DNA of 64,000 nt from Acaryochloridaceae cyanobacterium VAR_48_metabat_390. Lineage in GTDB: Bacteria; Cyanobacteriota; Cyanobacteriia; Thermosynechococcales; Thermosynechococcaceae. Position 1 is the stretch's first letter. Every line of letters begins with the position of its first letter. The notes under the pieces are model-generated. The model was not told the DNA's origin. It searched no databases and was given only the letters and a program-made list of their open reading frames with translations. A program made the position numbers and the translations under genes. The stretch spans positions 23,225-87,224 of the forward strand of contig JANPLU010000090.1 of the NCBI GenBank assembly GCA_031422435.1, given 5' to 3'. Shown one piece after another: positions 30,341 through 41,033 of this stretch.

Positions 30341-32128
30341 ATGACATTGGACTTTCGCAACACCAATACGCTATGGACATCTGTCTTAGCCGAAACCTTA
30401 AGGCAATTGGGTTTGCAGACCGCCATTATTTGTCCTGGCTCTCGCTCAGCACCCCTCACCGTGGCCTTTGCTCAGCACCTTAATATTGAAGCTATCCCGA
30501 TTTTAGATGAGCGCTCCGCCGCATTTTTTGCCCTTGGCATTGCGCGTCGAACTGGCGTACCGGTGGTCTTAATTTGCACCTCTGGCACCGCAGGGGCTCA
30601 CTTCTACCCAGCCGTGATTGAGGCATTTGAAAGCCATGTGCCGCTGCTCATATTGACCGCCGATCGCCCACCAGAGCTTCGCCACTGCCATGCTGGTCAA
30701 GCCATCAGTCAGATGAATATGTACGGTGCCTATACCCACTGGTACAAAGAACTGGCGCTGCCCGAAGCAGATCTCTCCATGCTGGCCTATCTGCGCCAGA
30801 CTGCTGTGCAGGCTTGGGGACGATCGCACTCCCCCATCCCTGGCCCTGTTCACCTCAATATTCCGTTTCGAGAGCCACTGGCTCCTATTCTAGACCCCAC
30901 CTTAAACCCCATTGCAAAGCACTTCAATGAAGCGCAGTTTTTTCAGATGGTGCAGCCGAGGGCAGTCACAGCTTACTCTACCCAATTCACCCTACCGCTC
31001 CAAACTTGGATGGATTGCGATCGCGGCTTGATTATTGCAGGGCCAGCGATGCCCCGTGATGCGATAGCGTACTGTCAGGCGATCGCCCAGTTTTCCCAAA
31101 CCCTCGGATGGCCTGTCTTGGCAGAGGGTTTATCGCCCTTACGCAACCATGCAGACCTGAACCCTTTTCTTATTTCAACCTACGATATTGCGCTACGCAA
31201 TCGTGACCTAGCGACCCAGCTTCAGCCTAGACAGATTATTCGATTGGGAGAATTGCCCACCAGCAAAACCCTCAGACAATGGCTTCAAGGGTTATCCATT
31301 CCTCAGTGGATTATTGAGCCTTCCGATCAAAATGTAGACCCGCTCCATAGCCATAGCGTTCACATTAGAGCTTCTGTTGAGGCTGTGGCAGAATGTTTAA
31401 GGGATCAGAGCGATCGCTCCGCACCAGGAGATCGCCCTGGACAATTTACCAATAAGTATTTAAAAGATTGGCTGCTGATAGAAACCAAAATTCGAGTAGA
31501 CCTTGATCGCACTTTAAAGTCCACTCAGGCACTCCGCGAAAGTAAAGTCGCGTGGCTGCTTTCCCAGACCTTACCTATCGGGACACCTTTGTTTATTGCC
31601 AACAGTATGCCCGTGCGAGATGTCGAGCTATTCTGGCAGCCTGGAACTCGAAAAATTCAGCCCTACTTTAATCGAGGTGCAAATGGCATTGATGGAACAC
31701 TCTCGAGCGCGCTAGGGATGGCGCACCGCGATCAGCGCAGCGTTTTGCTAACGGGAGATTTATCTCTGCTTCATGACACAAACGGCTTTTTGATTCAGAC
31801 TCAGTGGCAAGGTAGCCTCACGATTGTGCTGATCAATAACGCAGGGGGCGGCATTTTTGGCATGTTGCCCATCGCTAACTTTGAGCCGCCCTTTGAAGCC
31901 TTTTTTGCAACCCCTCAACAGGCAGATTTTGCGAAGCTTTGCGCGGCGTATCAAGTAGAGCATGTCTTAATTCAGGACTGGCATACGCTAGAGACGCTGC
32001 TCAATCTACTGCCTGCCCACGGCATTAGAGTGCTAGAAGTAACGTGCGATCGCACTCTAGATGCCCAGTGGCGCAAAGCACACCTGCACAAACTCTCTGC
32101 TGCAGCCTTTGAGAACGATCAATCCTAA
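30341..32128 (+). CDS. menD: SEPHCHC synthase MenD (phylloquinone/menaquinone pathway)
   Basis: CPGSRSAPL, DERSAAFFALG, CTSGTA, NSMPVRD, NRGANGIDG and GDLSLLHD motifs. Confidence 0.97.
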   Translation: MTLDFRNTNTLWTSVLAETLRQLGLQTAIICPGSRSAPLTVAFAQHLNIEAIPILDERSAAFFALGIARRTGVPVVLICTSGTAGAHFYPAVIEAFESHVPLLILTADRPPELRHCHAGQAISQMNMYGAYTHWYKELALPEADLSMLAYLRQTAVQAWGRSHSPIPGPVHLNIPFREPLAPILDPTLNPIAKHFNEAQFFQMVQPRAVTAYSTQFTLPLQTWMDCDRGLIIAGPAMPRDAIAYCQAIAQFSQTLGWPVLAEGLSPLRNHADLNPFLISTYDIALRNRDLATQLQPRQIIRLGELPTSKTLRQWLQGLSIPQWIIEPSDQNVDPLHSHSVHIRASVEAVAECLRDQSDRSAPGDRPGQFTNKYLKDWLLIETKIRVDLDRTLKSTQALRESKVAWLLSQTLPIGTPLFIANSMPVRDVELFWQPGTRKIQPYFNRGANGIDGTLSSALGMAHRDQRSVLLTGDLSLLHDTNGFLIQTQWQGSLTIVLINNAGGGIFGMLPIANFEPPFEAFFATPQQADFAKLCAAYQVEHVLIQDWHTLETLLNLLPAHGIRVLEVTCDRTLDAQWRKAHLHKLSAAAFENDQS

Positions 32129-32250
32129 AAAAGACGGCATTAAACCCTTGACAGTCCGTGACAGTGCCTTAACTATGGTGTTAGTGAATGTGGGGGAAGT
32201 GTGGACTATCCATACTGGTTGAACAATCTAAAGACCTTATAGGAAATGCT

Positions 32251-34002
32251 ATGCGTGTCAGTCAGCACCTTCGGCGACGTTCCGCTCGTCCGCTCCACAT
32301 CACCTTATTGGTTTTGGCCTTAGGCACGGTATCTAGCCTGCCCAGCGTGGCGCAGCTTCAGCCCTTACCTGCGCCCAACATTAAAGAATTACCGTTACCG
32401 GAAGTTCCGGCTGCACTCCCTCCCAGCGCTACCGAACCCGCCGCCGCCCCTCCATCCGCTGCACCCACTCCTCCTAAAACGACTGCTCCGACCCAAACGG
32501 CGAAGCCGCTGGAACCCCTAAAAGAGGGTGCCGATTCAGTAAAGCCTAAGGTTGTGCACCCTGCGCCCAAACCCGCTGTCCCCGCCGCCAAAACTGCACC
32601 AGATCAAGGCAAAACGGCTCCGGCTGTGAAAACAGCACAGCCAATGCCCAAAAAGCCGGAGGCGGATACGCCAGCAAAGCCTAAGGCGGCTAAAGTGACC
32701 CCCTCCAAAAGTTCGCCTGCGGTGAAAACAGCGCAGCCAGAACCCAAAAAGCCGACTGCTGAACCTGTTAAACCTAAAGCGGCTCAAACCAAACCTTCTG
32801 TCGATGAAGTGGCTACTCCTTCACCTGCCAAAAAGCCGACTGCTGTCATCCCCAACAAAACAGTCCCTAATATCAACTGGGTCGCGCGGCGTGAGGCTAA
32901 TGCATTGATGAACCAGGCCAATGCGAAGTACGCGAAGCAGGACTATAAGGGTGCGCTTACCGTTTACAGCATCGCCACCACTAAAGATCCTCAGTACGCC
33001 ATTCCCTTTGTGAATCGTGGGAATGCTCAAATTGGTTTGGGCAATTTCCAGGATGCGATCGCAGACTACACCAAGGCCATTACTCTCGACGTCATCCTTA
33101 CAGAACCCTACCTTCGGCGCGGCACACTCTATGCCGCGCAACGCAAGTATCCAGAGGCAATGGTAGATTTTAACCGCGTGGTGCAGCTTGACGCAAAATC
33201 TAGCGAGGGCTATCAGGCACGAGGGCGACTCTACATAAGTCAAGAAAACTATGCTGCTGCCCAGCAAGATTTCTCTAAAGCACTTGCCCTCAAGCCAACT
33301 GCTGCCGCCTACTTGGGGCGAGGCGTTGCAGTCGCGGCTCAAGGGAAAGATGGGGCGGCGGTGGCAGACTTTACTCAAGCCATTGGGCTGGAGCCAAACT
33401 CATCCGAAGCGTTCTATCGACGCGGCCTTGCCCAAGGCAAAACGGGGAATATCACGGTGGCGATCGCTGACCTTACCCAAGCCATTCAGCTCAATCCAGG
33501 CTTTAGCAGTGCCTACCTTAACCGAGGTCTATTCCACTCGTCTCAAAAAGCCTATGGCGAGGCGATCTCCGACTATACTCAGGCGATTCGGCTCAACCCC
33601 AAAGATGCATCCGCCTACCTGGCGCGAGGGGTTGCCCAAAGTGAACAGGGCGATAAAACAGCGGCGATCGCCGACTATACCCAGGCCATTAAACTCGATC
33701 CAGCGCTTACGGCAGCCTACGTGAACCGTGCCAACCTGCGGGGCGCTATGGCACAGATCGAGGCATTAGCCGACTACGATCGCGCCCTAGCGCTAGAACC
33801 CAATAACGGCGTCGTGTATAACAACCGTGCGCTTTTGTATGCGGCGCAAGGCAACTCAGCATTGGCCTTAGCCGACTATCGTAAAGCCGCTGAACTGTAT
33901 CAGCAGCAGGGCAACACCCAAGACTACAACCGCCTACAGCCAGAAATTGAGCGGCTTCAGGCGTCTGCTCGTCCAGCCCCTGAGGTCAAGCCGAGTCCAT
34001 AG
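32251..34002 (+). CDS. Exported tetratricopeptide repeat protein with Pro/Ala/Lys-rich linker
   Basis: Signal peptide, low-complexity PAK region, then about 10 TPRs (AIADYTQAI.LNP..A.AY..RG); start uncertain. Confidence 0.88.
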   Translation: MRVSQHLRRRSARPLHITLLVLALGTVSSLPSVAQLQPLPAPNIKELPLPEVPAALPPSATEPAAAPPSAAPTPPKTTAPTQTAKPLEPLKEGADSVKPKVVHPAPKPAVPAAKTAPDQGKTAPAVKTAQPMPKKPEADTPAKPKAAKVTPSKSSPAVKTAQPEPKKPTAEPVKPKAAQTKPSVDEVATPSPAKKPTAVIPNKTVPNINWVARREANALMNQANAKYAKQDYKGALTVYSIATTKDPQYAIPFVNRGNAQIGLGNFQDAIADYTKAITLDVILTEPYLRRGTLYAAQRKYPEAMVDFNRVVQLDAKSSEGYQARGRLYISQENYAAAQQDFSKALALKPTAAAYLGRGVAVAAQGKDGAAVADFTQAIGLEPNSSEAFYRRGLAQGKTGNITVAIADLTQAIQLNPGFSSAYLNRGLFHSSQKAYGEAISDYTQAIRLNPKDASAYLARGVAQSEQGDKTAAIADYTQAIKLDPALTAAYVNRANLRGAMAQIEALADYDRALALEPNNGVVYNNRALLYAAQGNSALALADYRKAAELYQQQGNTQDYNRLQPEIERLQASARPAPEVKPSP

Positions 34003-34090
34003 TGCAGGATGTTTCACCCTAGAGAAAGGGAATATTAGAGTATGTATACCCTCATAGCCATTCGCAGGTTCTGGCAAGACAAGGGCAGAA

Positions 34091-34414
34091 ATGGCTTACT
34101 CTGACGTTCCCGTTTATAACATCACCCTCGTTAGAAATGACCAGGCAGACAGCGTCACAGTTAAAATTGGGAGAGATGAATACATTCTAGAATCGGCGGA
34201 AGATCAGGGTGTAAAGCTACCTTCTTCTTGCAACGCAGGTAAGTGCATTACCTGCGTGAGCAGATTATTGGAAGGTAAAGTTGAGCAAGACAATATTTTT
34301 TTGAAGCCTGATGAAGTGGCAGCGGGTTTTATTTTGACATGTAAATCTTATCCACGTTCAAACTGTGTAATTTTAACCCACCAAGAAGACGTGCTGCTAG
34401 AGGGAGAGTGGTAG
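34091..34414 (+). CDS. Plant-type 2Fe-2S ferredoxin (minor paralog)
   Basis: YILESAEDQG.KLPSSCNAGKCITC...ILTC.SYPRS pattern (Cx4Cx2C...C). Confidence 0.92.
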   Translation: MAYSDVPVYNITLVRNDQADSVTVKIGRDEYILESAEDQGVKLPSSCNAGKCITCVSRLLEGKVEQDNIFLKPDEVAAGFILTCKSYPRSNCVILTHQEDVLLEGEW

Positions 34415-34438
34415 TTAGTTTATTTAACTTACCCACTC

Positions 34439-35155
34439 TTAAGAAATAATGCCTGACCGCAGTGCCCTTACGGCTGCTTCAGTGCGGTCATTAGCGCAAA
34501 GCTTTTCTAGAATGTTGCGGACGTGGGTTTTGACCGTGCCCACCGTAATGTAGAGCTTTTCCGCAATTTCAATATTGGTGCACCCAGACACGATGCACTC
34601 CAGTACCTCGCGTTCGCGTTCGGTGAGGGGATAGTTGTTGAGCAGCTCTTCATACTCTGGCTCAACGGCACCAATGCTGACGGTTTTACGGTTACCCTCT
34701 GAATCTGTGGATGACTCTTGCTTAAGCTGTCGTAGCACAATGTTGGCGATCGCCGGATCAATCCAGGCACTACCCTGATGAGTCGCCTCAACAGCCTCTT
34801 TGAGTCGCTCAATCTCGATATTTTTCATGCAGTAAGAGTCTGCCCCCGCCGCAAAGGCCGCGAGTACCACGTCATCGTTGCCCTGCATCGTCAAAATCAA
34901 AATCTTTGTTGTGCTGTTGGGCTGCTCTGCCTGATAGGCGCGAAAGCGTCGGGTTAGCTCAATCCCGTCCATGCCAGGTAGCCCCACGTCTACCAGGGCA
35001 ACATCTGGCTGCATTTTTTCAAGCACCTGTAGCCCTTGAAGACCGCTCGCCGCCTCCCCCACGACCTGAATACCCGCCTGCTGCTGCAAAGCAGTACGGA
35101 TACCGATGCGCACAACATCATGATCTTCAATTAATGCGACAGAAATAGGCTTCAT
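34439..35155 (-). CDS. NarL/LuxR-family response regulator (OrrA-like)
   Basis: IEDH...VDVGLPGMDG receiver, AGADSYCMK, C-terminal LTEREREVL...TVKTHVRNIL HTH. Confidence 0.92.
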   Translation of the reverse strand: MKPISVALIEDHDVVRIGIRTALQQQAGIQVVGEAASGLQGLQVLEKMQPDVALVDVGLPGMDGIELTRRFRAYQAEQPNSTTKILILTMQGNDDVVLAAFAAGADSYCMKNIEIERLKEAVEATHQGSAWIDPAIANIVLRQLKQESSTDSEGNRKTVSIGAVEPEYEELLNNYPLTEREREVLECIVSGCTNIEIAEKLYITVGTVKTHVRNILEKLCANDRTEAAVRALRSGIIS

Positions 35156-35521
35156 TAGAACAATACTCAGCGGCTAAAACGACTTCAGTGATTAACGCAT
35201 TGGTATGCTCTTCTAAGTTTTTGGGTAGAACTCAATCAAAGCAGCGCCCTTATCAAAATAATGGCGGTAAATGCTAAAAACCGCCTCTACCTAAAGCAGC
35301 AAGAGTTGCTGGGCTAGCTTCTCTTCAATCTAACCCTTGGGTGAGGTAAAAATATGTCTTTAGAAAGATTGACTGGCCTAATCTCTCAGCTTTAGGGTGC
35401 AAGATAAGCTTTAAGAATCAAAGCATACCGTAAGGCACACAGGCATCATGGGCTATTTTTGTAGACACCATAAAATAAGAAATAACTCTTTTACACAACG
35501 CCTACTGTGAAACAACGCGCA

Positions 35522-38500
35522 ATGTCTAGTGATGCAAGCTACTACCCCTGGATTGAAGCAATGCCCCACATTGTCTGGATTGCTGCGCAGACGGGAGGTG
35601 TGATGTTTCTCAATCGGCGCTGGACAGAAGTGACAGGGTTGAGTAACGCCCAGGGGTTAGGATTTGAGTTCTTGCAGGCGATTCATCCAGAAGATCGCGA
35701 TCGCATCCAAGCTGATTGGCAGCAGGCCGTTGCGTCTAGACAGCCCTACGAAGCAAAATTTCGGATACGTCAGGCTGATGGCGCATACACGCGCGTCATC
35801 GCGCGCGCCCAAATCGAGCGTACCCCAGGTTCTGGCACCGTGGAGTGGGTGGGGACCTTCACTGACATTGAAAGCGTGATGCACCGCAAAGACGATCTGA
35901 TTCATAAGCAGCAGTTTTTAGAGGCGCTGTTAGAAAATCTGTCTGATGGCATTGTTGCCTGTGATGCCAGCGGCACCCTGACCCTGTTTAATACCGCCAG
36001 TCAACAGTTTCATGGGCTACCCGCAGAACCCCTCCCCGCCAAGCGCTGGGCTGAACACTACGATCTTTACGGTGCGGACTACGCCACCCCCATGCGGCAA
36101 GAAGACATCCCGCTGTTTCGCGCCCTCAACGGTGAACAGGTGCGGGGCGCAAAGATGCGAATTGTGCCTAAGCAGGGAAAACCTCGCGTGCTGATTGCCA
36201 GCGGTGGCCCCATTCTGCATCCCGATGGGCACCAGTTGGGTGCAGTGGTTGCCATGCGGGATATCACAGAGCAAGAACAGGCAGAGGCAGCCCTGCGGGA
36301 CAGCGAACGTCGGTTTCGCGCCATTTTTAACCAAACGTTTCAGTTTATTGGGTTAGTAGAGCCAGACGGGACGCTCATTGAGGCTAATCAAACGGCGCTA
36401 GACTTTGGCGGCTTTGCGGCTGAGACGGTGATTGGGAAACTCTTCTGGGAAGCGCCGTGGTGGAGCCTCTCAGCAGAGATTCAGAAAAGGCTTCAGCGGG
36501 CGATCGCCGCTGCCGCTGCCGGAGCATTTGTGCGCTATGAGGTGGAGGTTTTGGGCGCTCACGATGAGATTGTGACCATCGACTTTTCTCTAAAGCCCAT
36601 CTTAGATGAAGCGCACAATACCCTTCTGCTCATTGCAGAAGGGCGCGATATTACCCAGCGCAAAAAAGCTGAAGCCGAAGTATCTCGACTGAATGCTTCC
36701 CTGGGTCAGCGCGTGGCTCAGCGCACGGCGGAGCTGGAGGCCAAAAATTTCCAGAATGAAGTGCTGCTGGTGAGTGAGCGCGAGGCGAGAGTAGAGTTAG
36801 AAGCGGCGATCGCCCAGCTAGAGATCATCAACTGCCAGTATGAAGAGCTATTAGAGCGGGAGCAGCAGGCCAGGGCAGAGGTTGAGAAGGCGATCGCCGA
36901 AACGGCAACCTACACCGAGCGTTTGACCTTAGTGCTAGATGCAGTTCAAATGGGAACTTGGGACTGGAACATTGTGACCGATCAAACCCTTTGGGATTTG
37001 CGTCATGAGGCCATTTTTGGCTACGAGCCAGGAACCCCTAATCGAGATTACATTAACTGGGAGCGCCGCGTTCATCCTGATGACTTGGAGTGGATTCATG
37101 AGGCCACACGTGCAGCAATGGATCACCATCAGCCCTTAGCCCTTCAGTACCGTATTATTTGGCCTGATGGCAGCCTGCACTGGATTGATGCCCAAGGGCG
37201 ATTTCTGTACGACGCAGCAGGTCGCCCCATCCGTATGATTGGCGTGGTCAGAGACATTACAGATCAAAAACACACCGAAGATGCGCTAATCGACAGCGAA
37301 GACCGTTTCCGTCGCGCCATTTTAGATTCACCGCTTCCTATTATTCTCCATGCTAACGATGGAGAAATTGTCTTAGTTAACGCAGCCTGGACTGAGCTTT
37401 CGGGGTATGAGTCCAAAGATATTCCGACCGTTAACGCATGGCTTGAGAAAGCCTATGGAGAGCGCAAAGAGCTGGCTGAGGCTCGGATTAAAAATCTCTA
37501 CAGCATTGATACGCGAGTGAGAGAAGGTGAATTTATCATCAGAACGCGCAGTGGCGAAACCCGAATTTGGGATTTCTCTTCTGCTCCCCTCGGCAAACTG
37601 CCGGATGGTCGGCGTTTAGTCATTGGTACCGCCCTAGATATCACTGAGCGCAAGCAGTATGAAGAGGCGCTACGCCAAAGTCAAGAGCAGTGTAGAGCCA
37701 CCTTTGAGCAGGCGGCTGTCGGCATTGCCCATGTCGGTACAGAAGGTCGCTGGCTGCGGGTTAATCAAAAGCTTTGCGAGATTTTGGGTTATTCAGTCGC
37801 AGAGCTGACAGAACTCACCTTTCAAGACATTACCCATCCCGACGATCTCGCAGCAGATTTAGCGCTCATGCATCAGCTCCTAGCAGGAGAAATTCAGACC
37901 TACTCCATTGAAAAACGCTATTTCCATAAATCGGGAGAAGCGGTGTGGATTGAGCTGACGGTATCGTTAGTGTGGACAGAAATAGAGGATAAATCCAATT
38001 TAGAAAGGCGTATTAGAGAACCCCAATACTTTATTTCGGTTATTGAAGAAATTAATGACCGAAAACAGGCTCAAGCCCAGCTACAGGAACGCTCCCGTGA
38101 ACTGTCTAATTTTAATGGGCTATTGGCTCAAGCTGCCGTGCTGTTAGATGAGCGTAACCAAGAGCTAGATCAGTTTGTGCATATTGTGTCCCATGACCTC
38201 AAAGCGCCACTCCGCGCCATTGCGAACCTTTCTCAGTGGATTGAAGAAGATCTAGAGGGGGAGCTTTCCCCTGACAATCAGCAGCAGATGAAGCTACTGC
38301 GCGATCGCGTCCACCGTATGCAGTCGATGATTGACGGGCTGCTTGAGTATGCAAGAGCAGGGCGAACGGATGCAGCGATTGAGTCAGTCGCAGTAGCGGA
38401 ACTGTTGGCGGAGGTAATTGACTCTTTAGATCCACCTCATTCCTTCAAAATTGAAATTGCGCCCAACATGCCGACCCTTTTGACCAAGCGTTTGCTGCTG

Positions 38501-38821
38501 TCTCAGGTATTTGCAAACCTGATTAGCAACGGCATTAAGCACCACAATCGACCCGATGGGCTAATTCAGATTTCAAGTCAGGATAAAGGCGATTTTTATG
38601 AGTTTGAAGTATCGGATGATGGCTCTGGCATTGCAGCAGAGCATCACGACAAAATTTTTATGATTTTTCAGGCCGTCAACCCTCAGAAAAGCCAAGACAG
38701 TTCTGGGATTGGTCTAAGCATTGTCAAAAAAATCGTTGAAACCGAAGAAGGCACCATTCGCCTTGTGTCTGAGCTAGGAAAAGGGACAGCTTTTTACTTC
38801 ACTTGGCCTAAGCAGCCGTAA
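35522..38821 (+). CDS. Cytoplasmic multi-PAS sensor histidine kinase
   Basis: About six PAS/PAC repeats (IHPED, VHPDD, THPDD; DITE.K), coiled coil, SHDLKAPLRAI H-box and NLISNGIKH...GIGL HATPase. Confidence 0.93.
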   Translation: MSSDASYYPWIEAMPHIVWIAAQTGGVMFLNRRWTEVTGLSNAQGLGFEFLQAIHPEDRDRIQADWQQAVASRQPYEAKFRIRQADGAYTRVIARAQIERTPGSGTVEWVGTFTDIESVMHRKDDLIHKQQFLEALLENLSDGIVACDASGTLTLFNTASQQFHGLPAEPLPAKRWAEHYDLYGADYATPMRQEDIPLFRALNGEQVRGAKMRIVPKQGKPRVLIASGGPILHPDGHQLGAVVAMRDITEQEQAEAALRDSERRFRAIFNQTFQFIGLVEPDGTLIEANQTALDFGGFAAETVIGKLFWEAPWWSLSAEIQKRLQRAIAAAAAGAFVRYEVEVLGAHDEIVTIDFSLKPILDEAHNTLLLIAEGRDITQRKKAEAEVSRLNASLGQRVAQRTAELEAKNFQNEVLLVSEREARVELEAAIAQLEIINCQYEELLEREQQARAEVEKAIAETATYTERLTLVLDAVQMGTWDWNIVTDQTLWDLRHEAIFGYEPGTPNRDYINWERRVHPDDLEWIHEATRAAMDHHQPLALQYRIIWPDGSLHWIDAQGRFLYDAAGRPIRMIGVVRDITDQKHTEDALIDSEDRFRRAILDSPLPIILHANDGEIVLVNAAWTELSGYESKDIPTVNAWLEKAYGERKELAEARIKNLYSIDTRVREGEFIIRTRSGETRIWDFSSAPLGKLPDGRRLVIGTALDITERKQYEEALRQSQEQCRATFEQAAVGIAHVGTEGRWLRVNQKLCEILGYSVAELTELTFQDITHPDDLAADLALMHQLLAGEIQTYSIEKRYFHKSGEAVWIELTVSLVWTEIEDKSNLERRIREPQYFISVIEEINDRKQAQAQLQERSRELSNFNGLLAQAAVLLDERNQELDQFVHIVSHDLKAPLRAIANLSQWIEEDLEGELSPDNQQQMKLLRDRVHRMQSMIDGLLEYARAGRTDAAIESVAVAELLAEVIDSLDPPHSFKIEIAPNMPTLLTKRLLLSQVFANLISNGIKHHNRPDGLIQISSQDKGDFYEFEVSDDGSGIAAEHHDKIFMIFQAVNPQKSQDSSGIGLSIVKKIVETEEGTIRLVSELGKGTAFYFTWPKQP

Positions 38822-38847
38822 TGATTATGGATTTAATCGCCGACACC

Positions 38848-38946
38848 TTGCACTCCCTCACCCCAACCCTCTCCCTAGGGAGAGGGAGCAAGAGTCCGAT
38901 CCCCCTTCTCCTCAGGGAGAAGGGGTTAGGGGATGAGGGAGTGTAA
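38848..38946. repeat. REP-like dispersed palindromic repeat (three-stem structure)
   Basis: Outer arms CACTCCCTCA...TGAGGGAGTG enclose hairpins CCCTCTCCC-ta-GGGAGAGGG and CCCCTTCTCC-tcag-GGAGAAGGGG. Confidence 0.8.
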
Positions 38947-39033
38947 AGCGCATGGCTTCTTAGCACTTCTCTGAGTTATTAAATCCCTGACCCTAAACAA
39001 AATCCGCTATCCTTACGATCACCCAGCTCCAAA

Positions 39034-40896
39034 ATGCCCAAGCGCCTTTCACTCAAAAATCTAATTAAACCTTGGCAAGGACTGTCAGTGCGTCGGCAGG
39101 GATTCATTGTAATTGCCGTTCCGTTACTGTGTCTCATTTTGTCTTTGGGGGCGTTTAGCTGGCTCAGGTACAGTATTGACCAATCGCAAAAGTGGGTTGA
39201 CCACACCAACCAAGTTTTACTAACGAGCAATCAACTCTTAACAGATGTACTCAACGCCGAGACAGGCGTACGCGGTTATGCGCTCACGCTCAGTTCTGAG
39301 TTTTTAGAGCCGTACTATATGGCTCAGTCTGATCTCCCGAAGTGTTTAGGTCAACTAAAGGCACTGGTCAGCGATAATCCTCAGCAGAGCCTAAGGCTAC
39401 AAAACATTACCCAAACCATGCAGCAGCGAGTGCATACGCTGCTGAAAGTCATTGAATTGATTGATCGGTCAGACTCAAAAACGTTGAAAAAGGCGGATCT
39501 GAATCGATTGGTCGTGCAGGGCAAGATTGAGATGGATCAGCTGCGCCTGAGTCTGGATCAGTTTGACCAACAAGAGCATGAACTGCTGAAAGTTCGCCGA
39601 GATGAGCTAAATTTTCAGCGCAATCTTAATGAAACCCTACTGTGGGCTGTGGCACTTACAAGTGCCTTAGGGTCAGTGTTTGCCCTGATTTTATTTAGTC
39701 GGTTAGATCGCAACTTAGCTGAGCGAGAGCGACTGCTGCTGCAAAGCAAAAATCTCATCGAAGCCGTTATTTCTAATGTGGTAGATGCCGTGATTATCTT
39801 AAATCAAAAGGCTCGCATTGAAAGCATTAATACTGCCACTACTTTAATTTTCGGCTATACGCGTGCTCGAGTAATAGATGAAGACCTCTCCTTACTGCTC
39901 AATGAACTGCCGTTAGACCAAAGCTACAGTAGTCAAGAATACCTGCAGCAAAAGCTGTTCGAGGGTGAGCAGCAGTGGCAGGCGACTGGGCGGCGCATCA
40001 GTGGCGAATCTTTTCCGATAGAGATTTCTCTTAGTCAAATTGCCTTTGACAATCGAATAATCGTCATTATTCGAGATATTACCGAGCAACAGCAGGTTAT
40101 GGCTCAACTCCAGGCACGTGCCCAAGAGCTAGCGCAGCTCAACACCACTTTAGCGCTAACTAACACTGAGCTTGAGTCGCGCAACCTAGAGCTAGACCAG
40201 TTTGCTTATGTGGCTTCCCATGACCTCAAGGCTCCATTGAGGGCGATCGCCAGCCTGTCAGAATGGGTCGAAGAAGACCTTGCCGAAAAGCTGCCCGAAG
40301 AAAATAAGCAGCAGATTCATCTCTTGCGAGGCCGTGTATACCGCATGGAAGCCCTCATCAATGGGCTGCTAAAATACTCGCGCATTGGCAGACTGAACGT
40401 CCCGATAGAAACCGTAGATGTTCAAAAACTTGTAGAAGAAATTATTGATACGCTCGCGCCACCCCCCACTTTCACCGTGACGATTGGGGTAAAGATGCCT
40501 ATCATTAAAACGCGGCGACTGGCACTTCAGCAGGTGCTTTCAAACCTATTAGATAACGCCCACAAACATCATCCTCGCCCCACTGGCAATGTTGATGTTT
40601 CCGTCACGGATCAAGGACGGTGGTATGAGTTTGTGATTAAAGATGACGGTGGCGGCATCGACCCGAAATACCACAAGAAAATTTTTACCATCTTTCAGAC
40701 ACTGCAATCTCGCGATACCCAAGAGGGAACCGGAATTGGCTTAGCCATTATCAAAAAAATCCTCGAAACAGAGGGTGGCAGCATCCGAGTAGAGTCAAAA
40801 GAAGGCGAAGGGGCAACTTTCCGATTTACTTGGCCTAAGTATCCCCTTCAGCACAAGAATTCCTCTCAACCTCTGGCTTTAGAGGGAACTCAGTAA
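39034..40896 (+). CDS. CHASE3-PAS membrane sensor histidine kinase
   Basis: TM, then WVDHT...AETGVRGY...FLEPY...DNPQQ (CHASE3), TM, PAS, ASHDLKAPLRAI and HATPase. Confidence 0.93.
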   Translation: MPKRLSLKNLIKPWQGLSVRRQGFIVIAVPLLCLILSLGAFSWLRYSIDQSQKWVDHTNQVLLTSNQLLTDVLNAETGVRGYALTLSSEFLEPYYMAQSDLPKCLGQLKALVSDNPQQSLRLQNITQTMQQRVHTLLKVIELIDRSDSKTLKKADLNRLVVQGKIEMDQLRLSLDQFDQQEHELLKVRRDELNFQRNLNETLLWAVALTSALGSVFALILFSRLDRNLAERERLLLQSKNLIEAVISNVVDAVIILNQKARIESINTATTLIFGYTRARVIDEDLSLLLNELPLDQSYSSQEYLQQKLFEGEQQWQATGRRISGESFPIEISLSQIAFDNRIIVIIRDITEQQQVMAQLQARAQELAQLNTTLALTNTELESRNLELDQFAYVASHDLKAPLRAIASLSEWVEEDLAEKLPEENKQQIHLLRGRVYRMEALINGLLKYSRIGRLNVPIETVDVQKLVEEIIDTLAPPPTFTVTIGVKMPIIKTRRLALQQVLSNLLDNAHKHHPRPTGNVDVSVTDQGRWYEFVIKDDGGGIDPKYHKKIFTIFQTLQSRDTQEGTGIGLAIIKKILETEGGSIRVESKEGEGATFRFTWPKYPLQHKNSSQPLALEGTQ

Positions 40897-41033
40897 CCAA
40901 ACCGTTTTGTAAGATTTATATTAAGAGATTTTAAAAAACGGCTTCAGTAGAAGAAATTAGTAGGGGGCATCACAGTAGTTTGATGTATTCACAAGTGCTT
41001 CAACGCGAATATCAAAAACTAAGTTCACCTAAG

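Noticed and set aside
30056..30483. 84-aa and 65-aa ORFs at the right edge of the islet
   Set aside because: No recognizable motifs; the second overlaps menD out of frame; likely spurious.
35522..38821. Phytochrome or LOV photoreceptor
   Set aside because: The kinase core is Cph1-like, but no GAF/PHY domain or GxNCRFLQ motif is visible.
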